Shown in pieces: positions 12,546 to 26,628 of a stretch of 64,000 nt of DNA (the first letter of the stretch is position 1; each line of letters opens with the position of its first letter). Position numbers and translations under genes: made by a program. The DNA lies in contig CM052816.1 in assembly GCA_028534125.1 (NCBI GenBank), forward strand, positions 67,582,001-67,646,000, written 5' to 3'. Under the pieces are notes generated by a model. The model had not been told where the DNA came from. It made no database searches and saw only the letters and a list, made by a program, of their open reading frames with translations. The stretch is from Lama glama (Eukaryota).

Positions 12546-15500
12546 TAAAATTATGATCTAATGTCTCCCTGAACAGTGATGAATAAACTGCCAAATTCTT
12601 ACTCTTAGCTCTTTCTTTTACTAAACTCTCTGAAGATCATCTCTTTCTATTAATATACTTCTTTCTTCAGATAGAATGCTTCATACTGTTAGATTTCAGG
12701 TTAAAATATTTGACTACATTAATGTTTGATTTTGCTATAATTTCACATCTGTTGGTACAATCATGTTTCTGAAGACTGGACCCTAGTCAGCCCAACTCAT
12801 TCTGGGTGCTATTGTTAGTCTATCTGCAACCTGTTGGGTTGCAGTTATGGATAGCATGAAGCCGTTCCATTGTGGCAATATGATCATGAGTTGGTGGTTG
12901 AAACAAAAAATTCTGGAGTATAGGTGAGAATGGCCTCTTTTGCAGTGTCCATTTGATTCTCTCCTGTTCATTGCTCAGATAGGTAGGAATTGGATATATT
13001 TTATATATTGGGTTGGCTTTAGCTCCGTTAACTTTCATTTCCTCATTTTCTAGATCTTAGAAGGATGCCTCACTCCTACATCTATGTTACCATGTGGAGT
13101 TACCATGTGGAAGTCGTACCCATATTGGTTATACTAGTGTGGTTGCAATTGACTGGTTGATAACCCAATTATTTCCTTCTTCCTTCTAATCATATAACTA
13201 GATGTTTCTCAGACTTCTCTGCAGTATGTCTGAGTTCTAGCCAGTGAGATTGGGTGATATTGTAAGTTACATCTGGGCTTGTCTAAGAAAACCTGTGTAA
13301 CTTCAAAAATTCTCTTTTCCTCATCTGCTGACCTTAGGCCTAGGAACAGCTGCACTGGACCATTGCATTTGTGGAAACTAACTTCTCATTGGGTTTAGTT
13401 ACCAAGATGTAGGGTTTATTTGTTTCATGGGTTAACCTATCCTGCCTTTTCAAGTAGAAAGGAGGGGCTGCAGGTGTCTATGACAAACATTTGGCAATTA
13501 GCATTTTTGATCTCTGATACTTTTATTCTTTTTTATAAAATGTGTTTTTAAAAATAAAGGTATACAAGTCTTGTATACTTATTCTAGGAAGAAGGAAGAA
13601 AGTTGAAATAACCCATAATTATACAACATGTTCTTCTGGACTATTTTTTATGTATGTATTGTTACATTTTCCCATAAAAATTAGCTTATTTGCCTGTAGT
13701 ATTTTATAACTTTTCCTATTATTTAACATTTAAAGCAAATACTATGACATTTTGATCATCATTTTAATGGCTGTATCATATACTTAGTGTTCTATTATTG
13801 AGCATTAAAATTATTCTCAGTTTTTCCCTATATAAATTCTGCTATGAATATCCTTATAATTCATCTTTTCTCATAGCTTTATTTTCTTAAGATAAATGAA
13901 TTGAAGTGAAGTTGCTCATTTAACATTTCATTCTTATAACCAGGGCAGGGTTGCCTGATTTCATTGGCCTTGCCCAAAACCACAGCCATATTTTAATTTC
14001 ATAGATTTTAAGTGTGACCAGGGGAGGGCTTACCAACTTTAATTGTTATACCATGGGCAATAGAAGAAGAAAATATTGAGCCACATTACTTGGAATTATA
14101 ATCTTTCACCATGAAATAATTTTTGAGAAAGTTTGTTACAACTGAAATTCCTTGGATGGTGAGCTGTAAGCCTCTCCTGGGGTAAATAGGCTCTTTGCCA
14201 TTCTTCCACACTTTCCTCTGTCTGAGGTCTGCATGGAAGAATGCAGTTAAATACTGAGATACATATTAACCTAAGTGCTGCACTTAACATTCTATAAAAA
14301 TCATCCTCAAATTAAAGAAGCTTTTTATTCTCAAATTTGTTTGAGAAATTGCTTGGTTAGAAAAAAATTCCTTAAAAATTTGATTATTTTAACTATTAAT
14401 GCCAGAATTGGATGAAAATACAAGGGGTCAGGTATAATTTTATTTTTCTTAGGGTAAACTCATAGGATGTTGTATATACTGCAAGTCTTGCCGTCTGAGA
14501 GTTTTAAATCTCTGATGGATTTCACAAATCAATTATCTCAGGGCAAAAAAGGCAGTAGTGTGTATTTTTTAAATTTCAGAAAGGAGTCCCTGCTCTCTCC
14601 TGGTAACACCTCTCCTCCCACTGACATTGGGCAACCACACAGGCCACACACAGTTGCAAAGACTCTTATCTTCCATCAGATGACTTTGTGTGCCACTGTC
14701 AAATGATCCTCTTTGGAGGCTGAGTGACCTTGTGATGAATGCCCTTCAACAGCTGGCTTCAAAGATGAGGAGTAGTGCGAGTGGTTGAAGGCACAGATAA
14801 CACAGATTGTGTGCTCAATTGTTGGCATGTGCAAGAGATATTTTTGGAAACATTGTGGCCAAGAACATGCCTCCCTAAACATTTTTTATCAGGATTACAG
14901 ATATATTTTTAAAATATTTCATATGGCACAACGATTTTGGTTTAAGTTGTTTGGATAGATGGATAGAATCCGGAAACACAAGATGTAAGTGCTTCAGGGA
15001 GCCCAGTTTCATAAAAAGGGTAACAAAAGGACTGGACCTTACTATCAAAAGGGTAACAAAAGGACTGGACCATTTGCTTGATAAAGTTGCACCCCCTCCA
15101 CATCAGTGTTCCCTGCCATCTGCTCTATCACCAAAGCACAGTCTAAGAAGATGATTGAGCCTCAATATCTTCTCCAGGTGGTGTCTTAGTGGCTACATAA
15201 AAAGTGTCACTTGATGGTGTATTTGTTTAAAATAACAACAACTCAAAGCCAAACACATTGCTGTTTAGATCCTTGGAGTGTGAAGTATTGAAAAGAACTT
15301 AATCTAGAAGCAGAGTCTGTGGTTTTTATGCTGGGCTTTGCCCAGTGAAAAAGAAGTAACTGTTTCAATGCTGCATGAGTTCTTGTCTCTTGACAGTAGT
15401 AATAAGTAGCCTTCTGCCTGAAATTTATAGCCATTTTCATGACACTTTGCTGTTGCTTCAAGAAAAGATACTTAATGGTGGTGAGTGTTTTCATAATAGA

Positions 15501-17033
15501 GATCATAAGTCTTGAAATGGAAGCTCACCTACATTGTTCCTGATTAATAAGACATTTTTCTCAGAATCTTTTTTGAAGCACTGAATTGGCATTTGATACT
15601 GGCTCCTTTTCTCCTGCTGCAGAAGATAACTTCCCAATAAACCATGCCCATTTACCCTATTTTGTAGGCTTAGGATTGACAAGGCTTGGTTGGCAGTAGG
15701 ATGGAGAGGGCAGGAACCTAAAGATAAGACAGACCCCTAGCCCATACACCCCACATTTGATGTGTGATCCTACCATGTCTTTTCATCCCCTCAATCAGAT
15801 CGTCTGACCAATTTCCTAAAACTGGTGCTTTGCCCTTTGCAGAAAACAGTTATGTTTACTGATTAATTTACATTTTTATACTAACCACTCTGAAGTCTCC
15901 TGCAATTTAAGTTGCCATGCTGAGCCATTAGTTAGATGTGTGATGTTGGACAAGTCACTTCACCAGTCTGGACCTAATTTCTGCCATTAAATAAGATGAC
16001 TGCTTGAGCTCTAAGTTTTCTTCAAGTTCCAAATTCTATGATGATAATAAAATTCTATGATTATAAAAATACACATTGAGCCCACCCTGTGCAGCAGATG
16101 TTTTGTTGGGTACAAACAAATTCAGATCTAATTCCTTGCCCTCTAGTAGCTTATGTCTCAGGCAGGAAATACCAGAATCAGGGCTAGGATGCCTGGGGCC
16201 TGTGATGTTTGACAGAGCTCCCCAGGTGATCCTGGTACAATCCCTCTATCAGTTGAGAACTTGATGTTCATTCTGAAAAGGTAAGCCACAACAGGCCATT
16301 AGAATACACTATCCCCTTATATATTGGCTAGATAAAGTCAAGCTGGAGGTCACCCCACTCTGCATAGCCAGTTTCACCACTCCACTGTACTGTACATGTG
16401 TGAAGTACTGTTTTAGCCAATGCTGAGTAGCTAGTCTTTCAGAGACACAGGATTGTATTTGCATTAAAGCATTAGTTATAAACTCTGTGAGTGATTCTGT
16501 TTCTTTTGTAGTGTCAGGAATTAAACATAAGGGACTTGTCAGAAGAAGGACTGGTTGAGTGGAGCGTTCTTTGACTTAGGCCCTTCTTTGCTCCACATCC
16601 CATGGGGGAAAGAGAGTTGAACGTGACAGCTGTTGGCTATGAGGATGCAGCTGCCACACATATCTGTTGCCTTTCTAGGGGTGGAGGTTTCTGAGGCAAT
16701 TTGGGGCTCATTACTCCCCTTTGCTTTGTCACCAGTCCCTCTCTAAGAGCCAGAGTAGCTCCCTGAGTACCTGTTACACTCATCAACCCTTTGAACTTTT
16801 CCTTCTTCACACACACTCACACACACACATCTATATAATGATGGTTGCACATTGCCATTTTCCTATCCCCATCATTCATTTGTTTATCAGTCCATTGATT
16901 CTTTGAGTCATTCACTGATTTGTTCACCTGTCCATTCATTCCTTGGTAGATCAGCATCAAAACGATTTATACCCAAGGATGACTCAGTCCTAGCACAGAA
17001 TGCTTTGGAGAGCAACCTGCAGTCTCTCTCTCT

Positions 17034-17170
17034 TTTTGTTTTTAAACATTTTTTTTATTGTTACAGTCATTTTACAATGTTGTGTCAAATTCCAGTGTAG
17101 AGCACAATTTCTCAGTTATACATGAACATACATACATTCATTGTCACATTCTCTTTTGCTGTGAGCCACC
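17034..17170 (-). mobile_element. Young 5'-truncated LINE-1 3' end (~135 bp)
   Basis: Highly similar to 37360-37490; flanked by the direct repeat agtctctct. Confidence 0.85.
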
Positions 17171-19989
17171 TATAGTCTCTCTTTATACCATTTCCTTTTC
17201 AGTGTCCTTCCAAGTTTGACTTCAATTAGAGCTGGTCCTTCTCCCTCCCCTGTTCCTTTTGCTCAATCCTCTCTCCCATTTAGGCATCTCTGATGGGCTT
17301 TTTTCAAAGAGAATGTGCATAGAGTTAGAAGGCCGGGGTTGGCTGACTAGAAAGAGCTCTGGTGGCAGGTGCAGGGTGGCACCAGGGAGCAAAGGAGTTG
17401 ACTACAGTCCATTACATAGAAAACTGTTAATATGAAAAATTTCAACCTAGAGAGTTTCCCAAGCTTCTGTTTATCTCTTTAGTACTAGCTCTGTGGTACG
17501 AACTGTGAGGCTACTCCAGGGGCAGCACATGGGATGGGACTGTTCTGCAGGCCAGAGACTCTTGTATGCGGGGTGCTGTGCTCACAAAGGGGCAACAGAA
17601 GCAATCAAGGGTCCCACAGACCACTGACAGTTGAAAGCCCACTGCCTCTTTTGTCCAGTCTGGAGCCTGGCTTCTTCCTTTTTCTCTCCACAGAGAGCAG
17701 TCTTTCTACTCCAACTCAGCTACAACCAACCCTAACAGAGGTTTTTAAACAGTGCCTAATTTGTTCCTAAATTGTCCATCTTCTTTCACAAGCCCCGTTG
17801 TCTTGAGTCTGGGCTTCTGTATTTAAGCCTGTTCTCAATAACCTGGCCGTGTCTGCATCTCCTCTTAGAATAGGAGCCTCCCTTGACTTTGCCAGTTCAG
17901 ATCCCAGGGATCAGAATCACAAATATCCCCAGTGCTGACAGACTCCTGGCTGGGTGTCCTGGACTCTAAGGGTGACCCACCTTGAATGCCCAACTCCCAT
18001 GCCTCGGGTGCTTCCTGGGCTCCTCCTCCTTCTCAACAGCCTGCTCAGCCTTCTCCGGTTGCATCCGCCCCACATCGAGCACAAACCCAGAATTCACTGC
18101 AGCTGCAGCTGCTGGTTCCCTCTCCCTGCCTTGTGTTTGACCCCTCAGGACAGAGATGTGTCCAAGTCCTGCTGCCTCCTTCCCTTCCATCCATCCGTGA
18201 GTATTGCCAGGCTTGGCTGAATCCCACAGAGTGACACAGGAGACAGTCATGCGTGAATTAAAGGTTACGGCACTTGCTGTTCTGTAGATCCATGCCACAA
18301 AAAGAATGGCCAAAACGTGAATGAACAGAGAAATTTCAGGGCCACATGTAAATTCTCTCTGAGCAAAATGTTTCAAAGCAAAAAAAAAGACAACTAACTT
18401 CATAATTTTTCTGTTTCCCAATTTTGTGTCCTGGAACGTGACTATAAACTTATCCTTAGAGTGTATGCTGTGCAGCTTCCTGTCATGCCAAATTCTCTTA
18501 TAATGTGATTTTGCATTACTTTATCAAAGTCATTTTCATGTTTCTTCAAAGTAACTGATTAGTAGCCCAGTATCCTAGTTGAAAGAACATTGGTCTGTGT
18601 CCTGGTCCATTCCAGCTATTTGAACCATGCAAAGCATTAACCTGTGAGGGGCTCAATTTTCCCATCTGTGAAATGGGAGTAGCATTTCTCTGCCTGCCTG
18701 GGAAAATGCCAGGGGTGGGTGGGGGTGGGTGGCCTATGAATATATATATATACTTATATTTACATTTACATTTATATACATTTTGAAAAAAGTTAGTTTC
18801 TTTGACAGTTACTTTTAGGTTATTTTCAAATCTTTCTGAAAATCACCTTTATGTTATCATTTTATTACAGACTTCTTTGTGTAACAGGTTGAAAAGCATT
18901 ATTGTCTCCATTTATGGATTAAAAAACAGATTAAGAAAGAGTAAATATGAGCTTTTACCCAAGATATTGTTGATGAGCAGTAGGACCAGGGTAAGAACCT
19001 AGTTCTCCTACTTCCCTGGGCCAGACCTCTTTTATTCTCTTCATTCAGGACTTTCTTTAACCAGCTATAACAACTGTGTTCTCCCTTCATCTAATCTCTG
19101 GGCCAGGGCCAGAGCTGAAGCAGGTACTCAGGGGCCAGGCAGGAGGCGGAGATGATGAACACTAGTGGAAAGGCAGGGCTGGGCTCTCCAGAGAAGTGGA
19201 CCAAAGTTGAATTGCAGGGTGGAAGTAAAGTTCAGGTATCTAGCCAGAGATCAACTACCAAAAGAATAGTAATAAACTTCGTAGTGGGTGAATACGACAG
19301 GCAAAACAGTATAAGCAGATGAGGATCAAACTGACTGCAGTTGACCAGCTGTCGTATACAGGAGTCAGATCAGGAGCAGAGTGGTCTGGATTAATTTTCT
19401 GGGAAGGGGTCTGTTTGTGCCCCTTTGAAATCTTGGGGCCTGACTCTGAGGTTGTGCCCTCATTTATCTCAGAGGCTTTTCGCTCATTTAGTCAGTGCAT
19501 GCATCAACACATATTTACTATTTACTGTGGACCATGAGATGTTAAGTGCTAGAGACAACTGTGAATAAACGTGTGGTTACTGTTTTCCTGAAGCACATAG
19601 TTTATTGCAGGGTTCGCCACCTGGACACTAGTGACATTTTGTTGTGAGGAATGTCCTGGGCATTATAGCTCACTGCATTTTGTGGGACATGAAAATCATA
19701 GTCACCCAGGATAAAGAACCACTAGTCTAAAATCAATAATGATTAACAATTACTGAACACTTACTAGGCACCAAGCGCAATGTTCCGCACAACCAGCAAA
19801 AAGGCAGATAACCATGGAAACTCCTAAGCAGACTTCACTAAAACAACTCATCAGATTCTCCAAGGCTCTCCATTTCCTCCATGACCAACAAGGATGAACT
19901 CCAAGGCCACATGGAATCCTTACAGCCAAAGACTCTGGTGTGCCTGTGCGTGTACTTCTGCTCCCACACGTTGAGTCATATGCTAATGA

Positions 19990-20480
19990 AGAGAAATGGT
20001 CTTTGTTCTCAAACCTGTTTGCCCCTATTGTAATTGTTACAATTGTGCAATTTGATTAAATAGTACATAAACATTAAGTATGAGAGTGAAGAGTTCTTCT
20101 TAAGAAAATTAAGTGAAGTGCTCTGGAAAGATATGATTAAAAAAAACTTTCTGTCAATTAAATATGGCTAAGAACAATTGTAACAGATAGGAAAAATTAT
20201 GAAAAACTGGAATATATAAATTCTTGATATACCTTGAAGAACTCCAAACTGGAAATTATTGCCAATGCATTATGGATCAGATTAGGTAAGAAAAAAGATG
20301 TGAAGTATGGTTAGCCAAACAAAAAGCCTATGCTCTATATAAAGATGTATAAATAAATACATAATTGTAAGTTTTAAGTTGAAAGAAAATATTTAACATA
20401 TGTATAGCATTTTATGATTCTCCATCTTAAGATGATCAGCTACTTTTCCCAGTTGCTTCAGATGAGTGGGATTCTCTTAT
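19990..20480 (+). mobile_element. TcMar-Tigger DNA transposon remnant
   Basis: Degenerate HTH / CENP-B-like N-terminus; aaactggaaattattgccaatgcattatggatc = KLEIIANALWI, compare Tigger-type KLEIVDDALWxWF. Confidence 0.55.
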
Positions 20481-20679
20481 ATTACCCCCATTTTAGAGAC
20501 AAAAAATTAAAAGAGAGGTAACTTGCCTAGATGTACACATCTAGGAGATGGTGAGCCTAAAATGAAGTCAGAGTGTTTCTGGCCATGGTTCAAGCTCTTG
20601 ACCATGATGCAATATATTAACAACTCTCCCCTTCCCCGAATATGCTCTCAATATTATAATGAATGATTTCTGTTCAATC

Positions 20680-21960
20680 GAGGATATCATGGAGAAAGTT
20701 ACTAGATGGTAAACTGGGAGGTATTTGCAAAGTCTAAAATCAACAAGGGTTCAGTATCTAGAATATTCAAGGAGGTGGCTCCGTTGTGCAATGGATAGCA
20801 CATTGGACTTCTTCTAGAATATACAAAGAATTTCTTGAAACTAAAAAGAAACATTAAAGCAATCACAATGTGAAAATGGACAAAAAATGTAGCAGGGAAT
20901 TTACAGAAGAGGAGTCCCTAAGACTAAAAAGCATATGAGAAATGATTGATAATTTTAGTAATCAGAGAAAAGAAATTTGAAACAACAAAGAGATACCATT
21001 CTATGCCTGTTAGATGGACAGAAATGAATGGATAATGCCACAGAGAGGCAGAGATGGGAAGATACAGGAACCCCATGTGTTGCTGTTGAGAATGCAGTTG
21101 GCATTCTCCGGGAAGCAATCTGGCCCCACCTTAGGACCCACCAATTTCCCTCCTGATGTGCATCCCCAAGAAATCTTTACACAGCTTTATTAGGGGACAC
21201 ATATGAAGATGTGTGGTAAAGCATTATGGAGTAGCCTGGGTCTTTCAAAACACAGATGCCAAGGTGTAGATTAAATCAATTAAATGTACAAAGATTTTAT
21301 GAGGGGATATGCCTTTGAGAGAAAATGGGGCAGGTTGGGAGGACCATCATACCACAATGCAAGTCTGATCCAAAGTGAAGGAGGGAGGAAGGACCATTGT
21401 TGGAAGTGTCCTACACTTCCGTATAATCTAAGGAAGGTTCTCTGAGTTCACCAGGAAGTCCTCAAGCCAAAAATCAGCTTTGAAAGGAATCTCATGTATC
21501 CCAGGAATGGGCCTGTCTTAACATCCTTGCTGCACTTAGTCACTGTCTGGAAGCAGCCCGTGGGAAGGGTGACCTCGGGTGAAACACAGAGCTGGATTTC
21601 AGAGTACACCAGCTGGGGCCTTTGGTCAGTTACCCTTCCTGTGGCTACAGGTCTGGGAGGATCGTTCTCACGGATGCCATACATTACCAGGAGTAGCAGC
21701 GAGAGGAAGGCAGGCTGTATGTCAATCATGGGGAGAGTGGATAGGTAATACGTAGTGGATACGCACAAGTGAGCCGTTAGAAGCAAAGATGTACACCTAA
21801 CAGCATGAATATGCCTTAAAAACAATGTGTAGAGTGAAAAAAAAAGATCCAGAATTGAGATGTTCAATGCAATAGTATTTACTAAGTTAAAAAATATATA
21901 CATATAAAACAATATGCAAATATACACATACAAACCAAAAGATGGGTGCTTGGGTGGACT
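20680..21960 (+). mobile_element. Old L1 (L1ME-like) 3' region interrupted by an ERVL-type LTR (~21235-21690)
   Basis: L1 motifs (tatctagaatattcaagga, gatgtgtggtaaagcatt, tgtcaatcatggggagagtggataggtaa) flank a GC-richer LTR-like block. Confidence 0.6.
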
Positions 21961-22404
21961 ATAGGAGTGAAGAGGAGATATAAAGGAATATCCACTCCCC
22001 CAATGGCCTTACATGGGATCAATGAGGATGAAGTGTTTTGAACTGAGTATGAGTAATTCAACTTCCTGACCCTGTGGACCTAAATAAGCAAACCAATATG
22101 GGGTTTACCATCTGCTCCCTAAAAAGACCTGAACATAGAAGCAGGCTCTTAGAACTTTTTAAGAGCAACTATAGAAGCAGTCTTCTGTTATAAAAACAGC
22201 AGCTTGCTGTACAGTAGTGTCTAGCTCATCCCTGGCCTTTTAAATTCAGCTCATCCTGTCTGTGCCTCATGTGGCAAATACAGACCAGCAGCAGCAGCAG
22301 CACACAGCACCTGGGCTAGGAGTTGCCTCAGGCCACCTGCCTGATTCCTCTTTCTTGCTGGCTAATTTCTGGGTTTTCCATTCTTGTTCTGGTCCCCTGT
22401 TTTG

Positions 22405-23120
22405 TTTTGTTTTTCTTGTAATAGCTTTATTGAAATATAATTCACATGCCATACAATTCGCCTATTTAAAGTATACAATTCAATACCTCTTAGTAAATTT
22501 AGAGTTGTGCAGCACAATCAATTTTAGAATATTTTCATCACCCCAAAAAGAAACACTGCACTCCCTAGCCAACAACCCCTAGTCCTTCCTTGTGCCACCT
22601 CTCCCTCCACCACTCTAGGCGATCACTAGTCTACTTTCTGTCTCAATAGATTTGCCTATTCTGGGAATTTCATATAAATGGAATTACACAATATGTAGTC
22701 CTCTGTTGACTGGCTTCTTTCATGTGGCATAATGTTTTCAAGATTCATCCATGTTCTATCAGTGCTTCATTCCTTTTTATTGCCAAATAATATTCCATTG
22801 TATGGATATACTAGATTTTGTTTATCATTTCTTCAGTCAGTGAACGTTTGGGTTATCTCCACTTTTCAATGGTTATGAATAATTCTTGTCTGATACTTGT
22901 GTATAAGTTATAACGTGGACACATATTTTCCTTTCTCTTGGAAGTACACCTAGGAATGGAATTGCTGGATCATCTAGTAACTCTGTATTTAATCTATTGA
23001 GAGCTGTCAGAATGCCATTCAAAGCAACTGCACCATTTTACATTCCCACCAGCAGTGTATGAAGCTTCCAGTTTTTCCATATCCTCTTCCACAGTTATCT
23101 GCCTTTTTCATTATGGTCCC
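22405..23120 (-). mobile_element. LINE-1 (L1MA/MB-like) 3' end
   Basis: agctttattgaaatataattcacatgccatacaattc...atttgcctattctggg...ggaatggaattgctggatc...ccattttacattcccaccagcagtgtatg. Confidence 0.9.
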
Positions 23121-24789
23121 CTAGTTCTTGCTGCTGGCTCCTCGCTCCCCTTAGGCTCTCTGACCTTAGTTGTCCTGCACATCCTTGATTTCAGGGCTCT
23201 TCAAGTTTTCCTACAAAAGACATCTTCCATCACAGAGGCATAACTAGCTCTTGGCTTCCCCAACTAAGGAAAAGGGGTTGCAGTTAGTGAGATTTTCAGA
23301 TTCTACCCCCACAATAAAAGTGTAGAGAAAGAGGAAAGTTGAATGTGACTGACAGTTGTCTTAGCCCTTTTCTTTCTCTTGTGCTCCAGTTGCTGGAATG
23401 ACAAGCTGAGGGGTCCAGGAGGGGCTGACTTGGGGACAGTGGCTATTCTGGAATTCCAACCTGAGAGTGACGAGGATGACAGCATGACCAGTGCAATGAC
23501 CAGTTTAGAGGCAGACTCTCATTTCCTTCAGAGATTTATTTTCTGCAAATGAAAAGATAAGGGAGAGGAGGGACAGCATTAGGCATGGTTATAATAAATC
23601 ACAGTTTTTACTGACAGTAACTTATAATTGATAATGTTAATCATTCCTCTTATCAACAACTTCTCTTTTATGACTGGTTTATTTAGAAACAAGTGTTGAC
23701 ATTTGTCCCATTTCTATGTGTTCCAGGCTGAAGAGTCCTAGTTCAGGGTGAGAGAGATTTCAGGATTATCACAGCTAAAGAAGAAATGCTGTCAGCACAA
23801 AGAGAAAAACCATCAGAAAAGTCATGGGTTGTGTTTTTGTTTAACCCTTTCTGAAGCTAGGATCACTTAAGTAGATGTTTCTCCCTTGGAGGACTGACTT
23901 GGGTTTGGATTTCTCAAACATATTTGAATTTCACCCTAGGAAAATAGGCCCAGTGAGTACACTTACCTGCAGTAATGATTCTATACACAGCAGAAGTCTT
24001 TACTTAACAACCATTTAGACTTGGAAATAGATTAAATCCATTAACTAGGCCAGTGTTTTCTCCCTTAGTGTGGTCATTAGCCAAATTGCTACCTTTAGTT
24101 GTAACACAGATAACCATGTTTAAAGATAACTGAGACCTACTGTTTTAGCATTTTTTATTTTAACAGGCATGACAAGGAAGTACGTTCTCAACCTATTTAG
24201 TTTCAAAGAATTTAAGTATAAACTTTTAAACATCAACTCTCTTGAAGTGAAATTCACTTGCATTTAAGGCACCCGTTTTAAGGGCATTGATTAATGAGTT
24301 ATACATTTGTGTAACCACTACCATAATCAAAGATATAGAATATTTCCGTAAACCTTTCCTCCTACCCTTTGCTGTCAGTCCCCACCCACTTTCTGCCACC
24401 AGGCAAGCACTAATTTACTTTCCGTCAGTAGATTCGTTTTTCCATTGTGTGAATTTAATATATATAGAACCCGAGTGCTTTTGAAATTCATCCATGTTGT
24501 TATATGTATCAGTTTGTTCATACCTTTTGCTCAATAATTGCTCAATAATATGGATATCCCTTACAATGGGAATGATAAAATTTATACCAGGAGTAAAAGT
24601 TTGGCTAAACATTGAAAATCACCATATTACTGGAATAAAGGTAAAAACCAATTGACCATCTCAATGTATGAAAAGAAAAGATACTTAACAAAATTCAACA
24701 CTCATGGTAAATACTCTCAGCAAACTAGTAACAGAAGGGAATGTCTAACCATGATAAAGGGATATACAGGAAGCATGAGCCTTAATGGT

Positions 24790-25340
24790 TACATTAGTTA
24801 TCTATTGTATAAAAAAATTACCCCAACACTGAGCAACTTAAACAATAAATATTTATCATCTCATAATTTTGAGGGTTTGGAATTTGACAGCAGTTTACCA
24901 GGGTGGTTCTGCTTGAGATTTTCTCATGAGGTTGCATTCAAGATATCAGTTGGGGCCACAGTCATCTGAAGACTTGACTACAGCTGGAGGATTTGCTTCC
25001 AAGATGGTTCATTCATGAAGCTGTTGGGATAAGGCCTCAGGTTCTTACTCACTGTTTGTTGAAAGCCTCAGGTCCTTACTGTATGGATCTCTTCATACGG
25101 CTTTTTGAGTGTTCTCATGGCTTGGCAGATAGCTTACCCCAGAGTGAGTGATTCAAGAGGAAGAGATGGCAAGGAGGAAGTCACAGTGCCTTTTATGACC
25201 TGGTTTTTTGGAAGTCACATACCATCATTTCCACCAGAGTCTATCCATTAGAAACGGTAGATAACTATGGCCCATGTTCAAGGGGAAGGGTATTAGACTC
25301 CACTTTTTAAGGGAGAAGTATCAGAGAAATTGTGAATATA
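24790..25340 (-). mobile_element. MLT1-type ERVL-MaLR solo LTR nested in L1
   Basis: cattagttatctattg...acttaaacaataaatatttatcatctcata...cacagtcatctgaagacttgactacagctggaggatttgcttccaagatgg...gaagtcacataccatcatttcc. Confidence 0.8.
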
Positions 25341-26288
25341 GTAAAAGACAAGATACCTTCCCCTAGGAATATCAGGAACAAGGAAGGATAAGTTCAATGC
25401 GTTTATTCAGTATTGTCCTGGAAGTCCTAGCTGTTGCACTACAGCAAAAAAAGAAAACTGTATTTGAATCAGAAAGACAGAAGTAAAACTGTCTTAATTG
25501 TAGATGGCATGTTTTTGAACAAAAAAGATCCTACAGATTCTACAAAAAAGCCACTAAAATAATAAATAAGTTCAGCAAAGTTGTAGGATACAAAGTCAAT
25601 ATGTAAAATGTAATTAAATTTTTATATACTGGCAACAATCAATGATGAAATGAAAATTTTAAAATGTCCTTTAAATAGTATTGAAAAATACGTAAAATAG
25701 TTAGAGATAAGCTTAATAAAAGATGTGCAAATAAATTTTAAAATATCCTTTAAATAGTATTGAAAAATACGTAAAATACTTAGAGATAAGCTTAATAAAA
25801 GATGTACACTAAAAACTATGAAACATTGCTGAGAGAAAGTAAGACCTAAATAAATGGAGAGATATGTCATGTTCCTGGATTGGAAGACTCACTGTTATTC
25901 AGGTGTCATTTCTTTCTAAATTGGTCGATAGATTCAATGCAATTTCAGTGAAAATACTGATAGGCATTTTGTAGAAATCAATTAACAGACTACAAAATTC
26001 ATATGGAAATAACAAAGGATGTTGGATAACTAAAATAATTTGGAAAAAGAACGAAGTTGAAGGATTTGCACTACCTGATTTCAAGACTTATTATACATTT
26101 TGTTATTATAAGTCATCAAGATGATGTAGAATTGTCTTGGGATGGACATACAGAACAACGAAACAAAATGTAAAGCCCAGAAATAGGCATTTTATCTATA
26201 TATAAAAAATGTGTATGTGTATATATATATATATATGTATGTACGTAATATGTATATCTCAGCAGATTCAATTGAGTATATATATAGT

Positions 26289-26628
26289 CAGTCATTCCTG
26301 GGTATTTGCGGGATTGGTTCCAAGACCACCCACGGATACCAAAATCCACGGATTGAAAATATTTTTTAAAAATTCCAGAAGGTTCCAAAAAGCAAAACTT
26401 AAATATGCTTCAATTTGGTAACAATTTACATAGCATTTACAACAATTTACATAGCATTTACATTGTATTAGGTATTATAAATAATCTAGAGGTGATTTAA
26501 AGTATATGGGAAGATTTAGTTTATATGCAAATACTATACTATTTTATATAAAGGCCTTGAACATCTGTGGATTTTGGTTTCTGAGATGGGGTTCTGGAAC
26601 CAACTCCCAGTGGACCAAAGGACCACTG
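26289..26628. mobile_element. MER2-like non-autonomous TcMar-Tigger element
   Basis: Terminal inverted repeats cagtcattcctgggtatttgcgggattggttccaagacc ... ggttctggaaccaactcccagtggaccaaaggaccactg followed by TA; the L1 resumes immediately after. Confidence 0.82.

Noticed and set aside
15014..15071. Repeat-spacer-repeat resembling a mini CRISPR array (also 43560-43617)
   Set aside because: Mammalian DNA, only two units, 8-bp spacer and no cas genes; these are local duplications.
17954..18421. Cluster of four overlapping ORFs up to 151 aa
   Set aside because: No recognisable domain or splice-site framework; explained by a local GC-rich, pyrimidine-skewed patch.
21448..21933. 161-aa minus-strand ORF
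   Set aside because: Spans an L1/LTR junction; a chance open frame in repeat-derived DNA.
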